DNA of 64,000 nucleotides, taken from assembly GCA_019636195.1 (NCBI GenBank), contig JAHBYA010000016.1, positions 14,972 through 78,971 on the forward strand, read 5' to 3'. The notes under the pieces were generated by a model. It saw only the letters and a list, made by a program, of their open reading frames with translations, ran no database searches and had not been told where the DNA came from. The stretch's first letter is position 1, and the number at the start of each line of letters is the position of its first letter. Positions 56,208-64,000 of this stretch are shown one piece after another. The position numbers and the translations under genes are program-made. This DNA is from Planctomycetota bacterium (GTDB taxonomy: Bacteria > Planctomycetota > UBA8742 > UBA2392).

Positions 56208-58238
56208 TTACTCTTCTTCCGATTGCATCTTTCGCGTTGTGCCCTGTACCAGCTTGCGCAGTTCAATCACCCGCGTCTTGCCCGCCACGTCCTGCGGCAG
56301 CTTGCGCGCGAAGATGATGCTGGTGGGCCGCTTCTTCTCCGGCAGCTTGGCCGCGAGATACCCGCGAATCTCCATCTGCACCGTCTCGGCCTGTGCGTCG
56401 TTGGCCGGCAGGCGGCCGTTTTCGGGGCCGCCGGGAAAGGTGCCGCGTTTCATCACAACCCAGGTCGTGACCTGCGGGCCCTTGCGCGCGTGGTCAATGC
56501 CCAGCGTTGCCACGTTCTCAACCTTGCCGTGCGCGAACAGCAGTTCGTCGATTTCGCGCGGCATCATGCGCTCGCTGCCCAGGTCGATCGCTTCGCCCTT
56601 CTTGCCCAGCACGCCGACAAAACCATCGCGGTCCAATCGGCCGACGTCGCCGGTATGGAACCACCCGCCCGCAAATGCCTGCGGGTTCAGCTTCGGGCGG
56701 TGCAGGTACTCCTTCAGCACGTTCTCGCCCCAGATGCAGATTTCACCCGGCTCGCCGATCTCCGCGGTCGGGAACACTGCCGGACTCATGCGCAACAGGC
56801 CGGTCGGTTGCCAATCGGTCAGCGGCTGCGGCTGCCTTGACTCGTCAAGAATCGCCACCTTGTTGCCGACCGGAATCCCCACACTGCCGATGCGCCGCGT
56901 GCCGTTGCCGGGGTTCAGCGTCGCGAAGCCCGTGGTCTCCGCCATGCTGAAGCCTTCAATCACCGGAACCAGGAAACACTTCTCGAAGGCTTTCTGCACA
57001 GCCGTCGGCAGCGGGGCGGCGCCGCAGATCACGCGCTCAAGGCTCGCGATGTCATGACCCCGCGCCAGGCCCTCTTGGCGCGCCTCTTTGTCGTCGCGCT
57101 GCGCCAGAGCGCCCGGGCTTTCATGCGCCGCCGGCCATGCCGCTGTGGCTTTGGCGCGCACCCGGCTGGCCTGTCCGATCTCACGGTCCGCGAGAATGCC
57201 CAGCATGCTGGGCACAGCCGAGAGCGTCGTCACGCGGTAGCGTTCAACCGCCTTCCAGACGCGGCTTACACTGAACTCGCGCGACAGCACCACGCTGCCG
57301 CCGGTCAGCAGCGGCAGAAACAACGTCACGATCTGGGCGTTGGCATGGAACAGCGGCAGCACACTCATGTAGCGCTGCTGCTCGCCCAGTCCCAGCCAGA
57401 CCGAAAGCCAGCGTGCTGACGTCAAGAACTGCCGGTGCTGCAAAATCGCGCCGCGCGGCTGATCAAGTTCGTGGCCGGTGTAAACGATCTCGGCTTCGGC
57501 CCACCAGCGCGGGTGTTCAAGGGGTATCGGGGCGGCGGATGCGGCCTCAACGCTGGCATGAAAGTCGAGCACGCGCAGGCCGCTGTCGGCCTTGTGTGTC
57601 ATTTCTAGCGCGGGGTCCAGGTGATCAGTCACGAACACCGCGTCCAGCCCCGGCATGGATTGCAGGTCGCCCAGCGCGCCAAGGGTTGCCGCGTCCGTGA
57701 CCAGGAAGTTCGCGCCGCAGTCTTCAAGGGCAAAGCGCACGGTGTCGATCGACAGCGCCCGGTTCAAGGGCACCGCGATATAGCCGCCCTTCATGATGCC
57801 AAGGAATGCAAACACAAAGTCCGGCGAGTTGGGCGCCAGCACAGCCACCCGGGCGCCTGGCAGCGCGCCGGCTTCGCGCAGCATGTTGGCAACGCGCGTG
57901 GTGCGCTCGTCTAGGCGTGCAAAGCTGTACTCGCGGCCGTCGTCTTCGTGAATCAGGAACGCGCGGTCGCCAAACTTCTGAGCCTGGCCTTCAATCAGTG
58001 AACGAACATTCTCGTACTCGCTGAAGCGCCGCAACGGCTCCGTAAATCTGGGCCGAACATTGACAATGCTTGTGCTGGTGCGACGAGTCGGCGGCTTGGC
58101 CAGTGGCGCAGTCGCCGCGGCAGACTTTCTTGCGGGCTTGGCACCTGCCTTCTTGCGGGGTTTGGCCGCGCGTGACTGCGTCGACTTTTTCGGCGCGCCT
58201 TTCCTCACGCGCACATTCGGTTTGCCCCTGGCTGCCAT
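56208..58238 (-). CDS. AMP-binding (acyl-CoA ligase family) protein with basic N-terminal extension
   Basis: LPLFHAN, EGFSMAET, GWFHTGDVG, C-terminal GK; A3 loop divergent. Confidence 0.85.
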   Translation of the reverse strand: MAARGKPNVRVRKGAPKKSTQSRAAKPRKKAGAKPARKSAAATAPLAKPPTRRTSTSIVNVRPRFTEPLRRFSEYENVRSLIEGQAQKFGDRAFLIHEDDGREYSFARLDERTTRVANMLREAGALPGARVAVLAPNSPDFVFAFLGIMKGGYIAVPLNRALSIDTVRFALEDCGANFLVTDAATLGALGDLQSMPGLDAVFVTDHLDPALEMTHKADSGLRVLDFHASVEAASAAPIPLEHPRWWAEAEIVYTGHELDQPRGAILQHRQFLTSARWLSVWLGLGEQQRYMSVLPLFHANAQIVTLFLPLLTGGSVVLSREFSVSRVWKAVERYRVTTLSAVPSMLGILADREIGQASRVRAKATAAWPAAHESPGALAQRDDKEARQEGLARGHDIASLERVICGAAPLPTAVQKAFEKCFLVPVIEGFSMAETTGFATLNPGNGTRRIGSVGIPVGNKVAILDESRQPQPLTDWQPTGLLRMSPAVFPTAEIGEPGEICIWGENVLKEYLHRPKLNPQAFAGGWFHTGDVGRLDRDGFVGVLGKKGEAIDLGSERMMPREIDELLFAHGKVENVATLGIDHARKGPQVTTWVVMKRGTFPGGPENGRLPANDAQAETVQMEIRGYLAAKLPEKKRPTSIIFARKLPQDVAGKTRVIELRKLVQGTTRKMQSEEE

Positions 58239-58320
58239 GGATCCCCCCGCGCGGGGGTCAGGTTAGCGGCGGAAAGGCTATCCTCAAGGCGTGAGGGGTA
58301 TGTCAGTATCAGCCCTACAG

Positions 58321-58584
58321 TTCCCCACACGGTTTGTGGAAAAAATGTCAGTTAGTCCGCTGGGCAGGCTTGATGTAAAGGCTGGACAAACTCGCGGGCC
58401 GGAACTGCTCGACAAGCAAATGCAGTAACGAATGTCAACATGCACTCTAAGTATAGTTGAGACTAAGCCTTAGGGTCTGTCAGTTTGGATACACTTTATA
58501 ATTTACGATATGTAAAACACGCTCGCACTTAACCTCAATTTCATCAAAATCTTGGGTGCCAAAACCTGCAAGCTTTGTGGATAA
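58321..58584. other. AT-rich intergenic region with DnaA-box matches (candidate oriC)
   Basis: TTCCCCACA 58321, TGTGGAAAA 58335, TGTGGATAA 58576 flanking an AT-rich tract; no ORF in the track. Confidence 0.45.
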
Positions 58585-58646
58585 ACAGTTCAGTTCTGAA
58601 TGGCTGCGCCACCGCGACCCGCGCCGCCAAGCCTTTCCTGAGTTGT

Positions 58647-59624
58647 CTATCCGTGCAGCGCCCTGTGGAACGCCTCAGTTAGTGCGGGCACAACTTCTTC
58701 GACTGTCCCGACGATCCCGTAGTCCGCAACCTTAAAGATCGGCGCGTTTTCATCCTTGTTGATCGCGACTATCACCTTGCTGCCGCTCATCCCCGCGAGG
58801 TGTTGAATCGCGCCGCTGATTCCGCACGCGATGTACAACTTCGGGCTTACCGTCTTTCCGGTCTGGCCCACCTGGTCGCCGTGCGGGCGCCACCCCGCGT
58901 CAACCACCGCGCGCGATGCACCCACCGCAGCGCCGATTGTCTCTGCCAGTTTTTCAAGGTTCTGCCAGTTCTGCTTGCCTTCGCCGGCTGGGTCTTTCAG
59001 TCCACGACCGCCGCTGACAACTACTTCGGCTTCCGCGACATCGAGTCTGCCTCGCACACCCTCAACGATCTCGCGCACTACCGCCAGCAGGTCGCCGGCA
59101 GCGAATGGCGCCTTCACCGCCTCGGGCGCTACATCCGCGCCTGCTGTGGCTTCCGCGAATGCGTTCTGGCGCAGCGTGGCCCACAGCGTCCCGGCCGCCT
59201 GCACCGCGATCAGCGCCTTGCCCGCGTACACGGGCCGGATGGCCACGGGCTTGCCGCCTTCCAGCTTCAGCTCGGTGCAGTCAGCCGCGAGGCCGCAACC
59301 GGCCTTGGCCGCCGCGCGCGCCATGAAGTCCTTGCCCATCGGCGTAGCGCTGGCAAGCACCGCGCCGGCGTTGATCGCCTTGGCCTGGTCAACCGCAATG
59401 CGGGCGTATCCATCGGGGCTGTACGCCTTGACAGCGTCGCCGTTGACCGCAAGCACACGGGAAGCACCCTTGGGGCCCAGGCCCGCGCCGTCGCCGTTGA
59501 TCACCAGCGCGACCGCCTTTCCGCCCAGCTCCGCGGCGAGCCGGCTGCCCGCGCCCAGAGCCTGCAAACCTGCCTTGGCAGGCTTGCCTTCAGCGTATTC
59601 GACAAACACAAGAACGTCGGACAT
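58647..59624 (-). CDS. etfA: Electron transfer flavoprotein alpha subunit
   Basis: RPVYAGK, VSGGRG, GASRAVVDAGW, QVGQTGK, GISGAIQHLAG. Confidence 0.95.
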   Translation of the reverse strand: MSDVLVFVEYAEGKPAKAGLQALGAGSRLAAELGGKAVALVINGDGAGLGPKGASRVLAVNGDAVKAYSPDGYARIAVDQAKAINAGAVLASATPMGKDFMARAAAKAGCGLAADCTELKLEGGKPVAIRPVYAGKALIAVQAAGTLWATLRQNAFAEATAGADVAPEAVKAPFAAGDLLAVVREIVEGVRGRLDVAEAEVVVSGGRGLKDPAGEGKQNWQNLEKLAETIGAAVGASRAVVDAGWRPHGDQVGQTGKTVSPKLYIACGISGAIQHLAGMSGSKVIVAINKDENAPIFKVADYGIVGTVEEVVPALTEAFHRALHG

Positions 59625-59637
59625 CGTTGCTTCCTTT

Positions 59638-60387
59638 TCAGATCACCTTGGCTTCATCGCGCAGCAGGCGCACCAGATCGTTGACGGCTTCGGGGCCTTT
59701 GCCGACGATCTTGCCTTCCTTGCGCGGCGGCGGCGGCATCATGCGCAGCACAGCCACACCATCGGCAGGCGCGTTGGCCGGCGTTTCGGGCACGTTGGTC
59801 TTCTTGGCGGCCATGATGCCCTTCATGTTGGCGCTGCGGTACTTGTTAAGGCCCTTCTGGCAGGTAACGACCGCGGGCAGCCTGACCTGGTACTTTTCGC
59901 GCTTGCCGCCCGCGGCCAGCCGTTCAATCTTCGCGGCGCCATCGGCGACTTCCATGCTTACTGCCACGCTTACACTGGGCAGACCCAGCAGCTCAGCAAC
60001 CATCTGGCCCGTGCCGGCGCTCTGGTTGTCCACGCTGCTCCAGCCGAACAGCACAATGTCGTGGGGGAGCGTCCTGATCTTGGCGGCCAGGGCGCTGGCT
60101 GTGGCCCAGGCGTCATGAAACTGGTCATCCACCAGCAGGTGTGCCTCGTCGCAGCCCATGGCGATGGCGGTGCGGACTTCCTTGGTGGCGGCGGAGGGAC
60201 CCATGCACAGCACGGTGACTTTGCCGCCGTGCTGCTCTTTCAGCAGGATGCCCGCTTCCAGCGCGAACTTGTCGTACTCGCTGATGTCGTAGTTGATGCC
60301 GGCGGCGTCATAGTTCTTGCCGTCAGCGGCGGGTTTGATGCGCGCGTCTGTGGTTGGGGCGCGCCGGATGCAGACCAGGATTTCCAT
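59638..60387 (-). CDS. etfB: Electron transfer flavoprotein beta subunit
   Basis: ILVCI, YDKFALE, AIAMGCD, LPAVVT, KGIMAAKK; upstream of etfA. Confidence 0.9.
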   Translation of the reverse strand: MEILVCIRRAPTTDARIKPAADGKNYDAAGINYDISEYDKFALEAGILLKEQHGGKVTVLCMGPSAATKEVRTAIAMGCDEAHLLVDDQFHDAWATASALAAKIRTLPHDIVLFGWSSVDNQSAGTGQMVAELLGLPSVSVAVSMEVADGAAKIERLAAGGKREKYQVRLPAVVTCQKGLNKYRSANMKGIMAAKKTNVPETPANAPADGVAVLRMMPPPPRKEGKIVGKGPEAVNDLVRLLRDEAKVI

Positions 60388-60491
60388 GCTCGACTCGCTG
60401 CTGGGGTTGATCCGTGGGCTTTTCCAAGCCGCGGGACTATAGTGCGGCCCGGAGCATATTCGCGCCGTCACCGACCGCAAGGAGCTATTCC

Positions 60492-61070
60492 ATGACGCAA
60501 GGCGCCGCCCCGCTTACGCCCGAAGAATGCAGCCGCGCCCTTGAACTGGCGCGCGCCAGCCTCGATCACTATGTGCGCACGGGCATGCTGTTGAAGCCGC
60601 GCCAGCCATTCACCGGCGGGCTTGCCCTGCCCTGTGGCGCGTTTGTCAGCCTGCACACTCAGGGTGGCGAGTTGCGGGGTTGCATCGGCCACATGGAAGG
60701 TGAAGGCCCACTGGGCGAGCTGATCCTTGAGCTGGCGGTGGCGGCCGGCACGCGCGACTCGCGATTTGAGCCGGTGACCGAAAGCGAACTGCCGGACCTG
60801 GTGTACGAGATCAGCGTGCTGACACCTATGCAGCCGATCGACCCCGCCGATGTGACGCCGGGCGTGCACGGCCTGTACATCCGGCGCGGCCGCCACGGCG
60901 GCGTGCTGTTGCCGCAGGTGGCCACCGAGTGGGGCTGGGATCGCGAGACCTTTCTGGATCAGACCTGCCGCAAGGCGGGCTTGCCTCCCGGCGCCTGGCG
61001 TGAGCCGGGCACCGAGGTACTGGCCTTCACGGCCCAGGTGGTGAGTGAGGATCCTTCTCGCCGGGCTTGA
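60492..61070 (+). CDS. AMMECR1 domain protein (AmmeMemoRadiSam protein A)
   Basis: GAFVSL, LRGCIG, DSRF, EISVLTP, LLPQVA, KAGL. Confidence 0.9.
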   Translation: MTQGAAPLTPEECSRALELARASLDHYVRTGMLLKPRQPFTGGLALPCGAFVSLHTQGGELRGCIGHMEGEGPLGELILELAVAAGTRDSRFEPVTESELPDLVYEISVLTPMQPIDPADVTPGVHGLYIRRGRHGGVLLPQVATEWGWDRETFLDQTCRKAGLPPGAWREPGTEVLAFTAQVVSEDPSRRA

Positions 61071-61152
61071 TCAATCCAAAGTAGATGAAGGCCAGGATCC
61101 CGAGCCCGAGCACGAACGACAGCACCAGAAACAGGATCATGTACCACGGCAT
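61027..61152 (-). CDS. Small single-TM protein (41 aa)
   Basis: MPWYMILFLVLSFVLGLGILAFIYFGLIK; -10-like TACAAG 6 nt before ATG. Confidence 0.5.
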   Translation of the reverse strand: MPWYMILFLVLSFVLGLGILAFIYFGLIKPGEKDPHSPPGP

Positions 61153-61251
61153 GCGAACCTTGTAGCAACTCACAGCCGGAATTTCTGATTTTTCGCGGGG
61201 GGTCGCGCCCGCCTGCACGAGTCACTGGTGCAGAACGAATTCGGGGCGACA

Positions 61252-61815
61252 ATGCCGGTCATGACTTCGCCCAGGCCAGCGGCATCGTGCCACCAGCAAC
61301 TGCTTGCGCTGGCTGAGCCGCTGTTTGCCTTCGCGCTGGCCCGGAGTCCTGACCGCGACACGGCGCTGGATGCGGTACAGGAGACCCTGGCCGCCGCCGT
61401 GCGCGAAGAGCGCAGTTGGCCGGACGATGAAGCGCAGTGGGCATGGCTGGTCGCCGTTACGCGCAACAAGCTCGCTGACGCTGCGCGCAGGCGCGGCAGG
61501 CAAGCGGCCACACTGACCGCGCTGGGTGTGGACCCCGCTGAACTGGGCGGCGCGTTTGTCGCCGGCGAAGAAATGCCGGACGCCGGGGTGCTGCGCAACG
61601 AGGTACGGAACGTGTGCCAGGCTGCCCTTTCTGAACTTACGCCGCGCCAGCGCAACGCGCTGCAGATGTTCTATCGCGACGGGATGAGCCACGGCGACAT
61701 CGGCGCCCGCATGGCGCTGAGCGGCAAGGCCGTCGAGTCGCTGCTGGCGCGATCACGCATGGCGTTGCACAGCGTGCTCAAGCGCATGATCGCCCGGCCT
61801 GAGGAGCTGCTATGA
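61252..61815 (+). CDS. ECF sigma-70 family factor
   Basis: DAVQETL, WLVAVTRNKLADAARR (region 2); LSELTPRQR..GMSHGDIG..VESLLARSR (region 4); start uncertain (61252 or 61261). Confidence 0.88.
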   Translation: MPVMTSPRPAASCHQQLLALAEPLFAFALARSPDRDTALDAVQETLAAAVREERSWPDDEAQWAWLVAVTRNKLADAARRRGRQAATLTALGVDPAELGGAFVAGEEMPDAGVLRNEVRNVCQAALSELTPRQRNALQMFYRDGMSHGDIGARMALSGKAVESLLARSRMALHSVLKRMIARPEELL

Positions 61816-64000
61816 CCGACCCGAACCTTCACCAGGCTGCCGCCAACGTCGTGCGAACTGCGCGCGAGGGCAGTGGCCTGTCTGAGTCTGAGCTGGTGCG
61901 CCTTCAAAACGCCATTCAAAAGGAGAGTCCCATGCAGGTTGCAGCCCCCATCTATCGTTTGCCTCAGGTGCGCATCCCGGCGTCGTGGCTGATGTACGCC
62001 GCGGCGGTCGCAATGTTCGCGATTGCGCTGTTACTGATGTCGGTCGTGACACCGCCCGGCGCCGGCCCTGCGCTCGCCGGCGACGAAACACCGGACAAGA
62101 AGCCAGCCGACGACGCCGAGAACGCCGAGGAAAAGCGCGATCCCGCCAAGGGCGTAGTCGATCTTTCGCGCCAGACGGGCCCGGCCTTTGACTTCTTTGA
62201 CTACTACAAGTCCGCGGAAAGCGGCGCTGCGCCGGACGCAAAGCAGTACACATTGCCGCTTGACCTTGAGCTTGTGGCCAATGGCGACCCGCAACGCATC
62301 AAGAACCTGCTGAAGAACGAGGCGGCCGCGGCCATGCTTCGCCAGAACGGATTTGTCGTGTTGCCGACGGCATCCGGCCAGGACATCGGCACGATCTATT
62401 CAATGCTGCGCAACGAGCAGGTGCCGGTGGTCGTTACGCCGGATGTGGTGCTGCACCTGTTTCACATCTGCTTTGATGAAACTCTGAAAGATCTTGAAGA
62501 GCAGGTCCTGGCCTGGGACATGCTGGACCTGACCGTGCAGTTGCTGGAAGGCCAGAAGAAGGGCTACGAGCAGGCAATGGTCGCAATTGCGAACGGCAAC
62601 CTGACGCCCGAGATGCTGGCGCAGCAGCACCGGCTGGCTGATGCCCACAAACACAATGTCGCGTACCTGTCGGTCGCGCACAAGCTGCTGGGCGAAATCC
62701 CCCGCGATCGACAACCCGAGAAAGACCGCTACGGCAGCGCCACCGGCAAAGTCATTGAAAGCAATACGCCGACCATCAGCGTGCCTGACTACGTATTCGA
62801 GATGGTCAACGCCGAGCTGAAGCTCATGGAAGCTCACAAGGGCCCGGATGCCGGTCCGGTGTTCGGCTACAAAGAGGACTACAGCCAATACGTGCCCCGC
62901 GGCCACTACACACGCAGCGAACTGCTCAAGAAGTACTTCAAGGCCATGATGTGGTATGGGCGCATGACGTTCCTTTTCAACGAGATCCCGCGCGACCGCG
63001 GCGACATCCGCACCGATCCGCCGGTGACCCGTGAACTGGCAGATCGCCTGACCCTGCAGGCTGCGCTGCTTGCGCACGACATTGAGGGCGGCAGCGTTTC
63101 CGGGTTGACCCAGCGCCCGAAATGGGCCATGGCGGTCAAGGGCGACGTCACGGTCAAAGACCTGTGGGTTCGAGTTTACTCATCCACCGCGTTCTTCGTT
63201 GGCGCCGCCGATGACCTGACGCCCGCCGAGTATCACGCCACGCTGGGCGGCGCCAAGCCTGACTCGCTGGCTGACACCAAGGTCCTGCGCCAGTTCATGC
63301 AGGGTTTAGAGGCGCTGCCGCTGGCGCGCATCTATGGCGGGACTGCCGGCGTTTCCACTTGGGGCTGGGGCAGTGAGATGTTCAACAAGGCGCTGAAGGC
63401 TGTGCAGGGCATGCGAATGATGGGCCAGCGCTACATCCCCGACAGCGAGGCGTTGGGGCGGCTGGTGTATCCGAGCGTTACGGATTCGCTTGAGCACTCC
63501 GTGCCGGTCGAGCAGCGCTTCACGTACTCGGACTCAAACCTCGGGCCGATCCGCGGAATGCCGCGCGGTTTGGACGTGATGTACGTACTGGGCAGCGATC
63601 GCGCGATGACGCTGCTTGAGCAAGGAGGCGACGCCGCCTGGACCAACTACTTCCCGATCGCCGAGGAGATTCGCCGGCAGTGGGACAAACTGGAACCCAG
63701 GGACTGGAACCAGAACCTGTACTACGGGTGGCTGTACACACTCAAGCCCCTGCTTCAAAGCCGCGATACACGCAAGGGGTACCCCACCTACATGCAGACC
63801 CAGGCCTATGAAGACCGTGCGATCACAGCCGCGCTGGCAAGCTGGGCGCAACTGCGCCATGACACCATCCTCTACGCCAAGCAGAGCTACACCAGCGACG
63901 CCGGCGGCAGCCCCGGCCCCCGCAGGCCGCCGCGCGTGCTGGGCTATGTCGAACCGCTTCCCGAATTCTATGGCCGCATGGAAAGCCTGTGCGCAATGAT
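61812..64000 (+). CDS. Membrane-anchored DUF3160 domain protein (3' truncated; absent from ORF track)
   Basis: ATGA overlap with the sigma gene; one TM; VTPDVVLHLFH, EDYSQYVPRGHYT, YFKAMMWYGR, SWAQLRHDTILYAKQSY, GYVEP. Confidence 0.85.
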   Translation, partial: MTDPNLHQAAANVVRTAREGSGLSESELVRLQNAIQKESPMQVAAPIYRLPQVRIPASWLMYAAAVAMFAIALLLMSVVTPPGAGPALAGDETPDKKPADDAENAEEKRDPAKGVVDLSRQTGPAFDFFDYYKSAESGAAPDAKQYTLPLDLELVANGDPQRIKNLLKNEAAAAMLRQNGFVVLPTASGQDIGTIYSMLRNEQVPVVVTPDVVLHLFHICFDETLKDLEEQVLAWDMLDLTVQLLEGQKKGYEQAMVAIANGNLTPEMLAQQHRLADAHKHNVAYLSVAHKLLGEIPRDRQPEKDRYGSATGKVIESNTPTISVPDYVFEMVNAELKLMEAHKGPDAGPVFGYKEDYSQYVPRGHYTRSELLKKYFKAMMWYGRMTFLFNEIPRDRGDIRTDPPVTRELADRLTLQAALLAHDIEGGSVSGLTQRPKWAMAVKGDVTVKDLWVRVYSSTAFFVGAADDLTPAEYHATLGGAKPDSLADTKVLRQFMQGLEALPLARIYGGTAGVSTWGWGSEMFNKALKAVQGMRMMGQRYIPDSEALGRLVYPSVTDSLEHSVPVEQRFTYSDSNLGPIRGMPRGLDVMYVLGSDRAMTLLEQGGDAAWTNYFPIAEEIRRQWDKLEPRDWNQNLYYGWLYTLKPLLQSRDTRKGYPTYMQTQAYEDRAITAALASWAQLRHDTILYAKQSYTSDAGGSPGPRRPPRVLGYVEPLPEFYGRMESLCAM

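Overview
High-GC bacterial chromosomal window, probably Planctomycetota (inferred from the DUF1501/DUF1800 pair, an AtpA internal insertion, lpxK/lpxL, ECF sigma + DUF3160). Most of it is housekeeping: split atp operon (atpZ-I-B-E-F-H-[lipoprotein]-A), lpxL/lpxK, comEC, accA, menG/ubiE, rplM-rpsI, rsmA, pntAA/AB/B, clsA, etfBA and an hcrCAB-like molybdoenzyme. The left end is a selenium cluster (selA, tRNA-Sec, PhnCDE-type ABC transporter resembling the putative selenate transporter family). Two in-frame UGA codons with SECIS-like hairpins were missed by the ORF track: a UGPC TlpA-like protein (31314-32330) and an apparently new selenoprotein with Sec in a GGG-U-GGG arm (UGA at 96-98). The most striking observation is at 53500-53741: a sigma70-type promoter, a 16-aa leader peptide with four consecutive Asn codons (MQRNNNNRALACRGAA), mutually exclusive antiterminator/terminator helices, and then an atypical tRNA with an Asn (GUU) anticodon but non-Asn body features (A1-U72, C38). 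This reads as a ribosome-mediated attenuator that switches on an alternative Asn-codon-reading tRNA when Asn decoding stalls. All family assignments are from motif recognition by eye; no searches were run.
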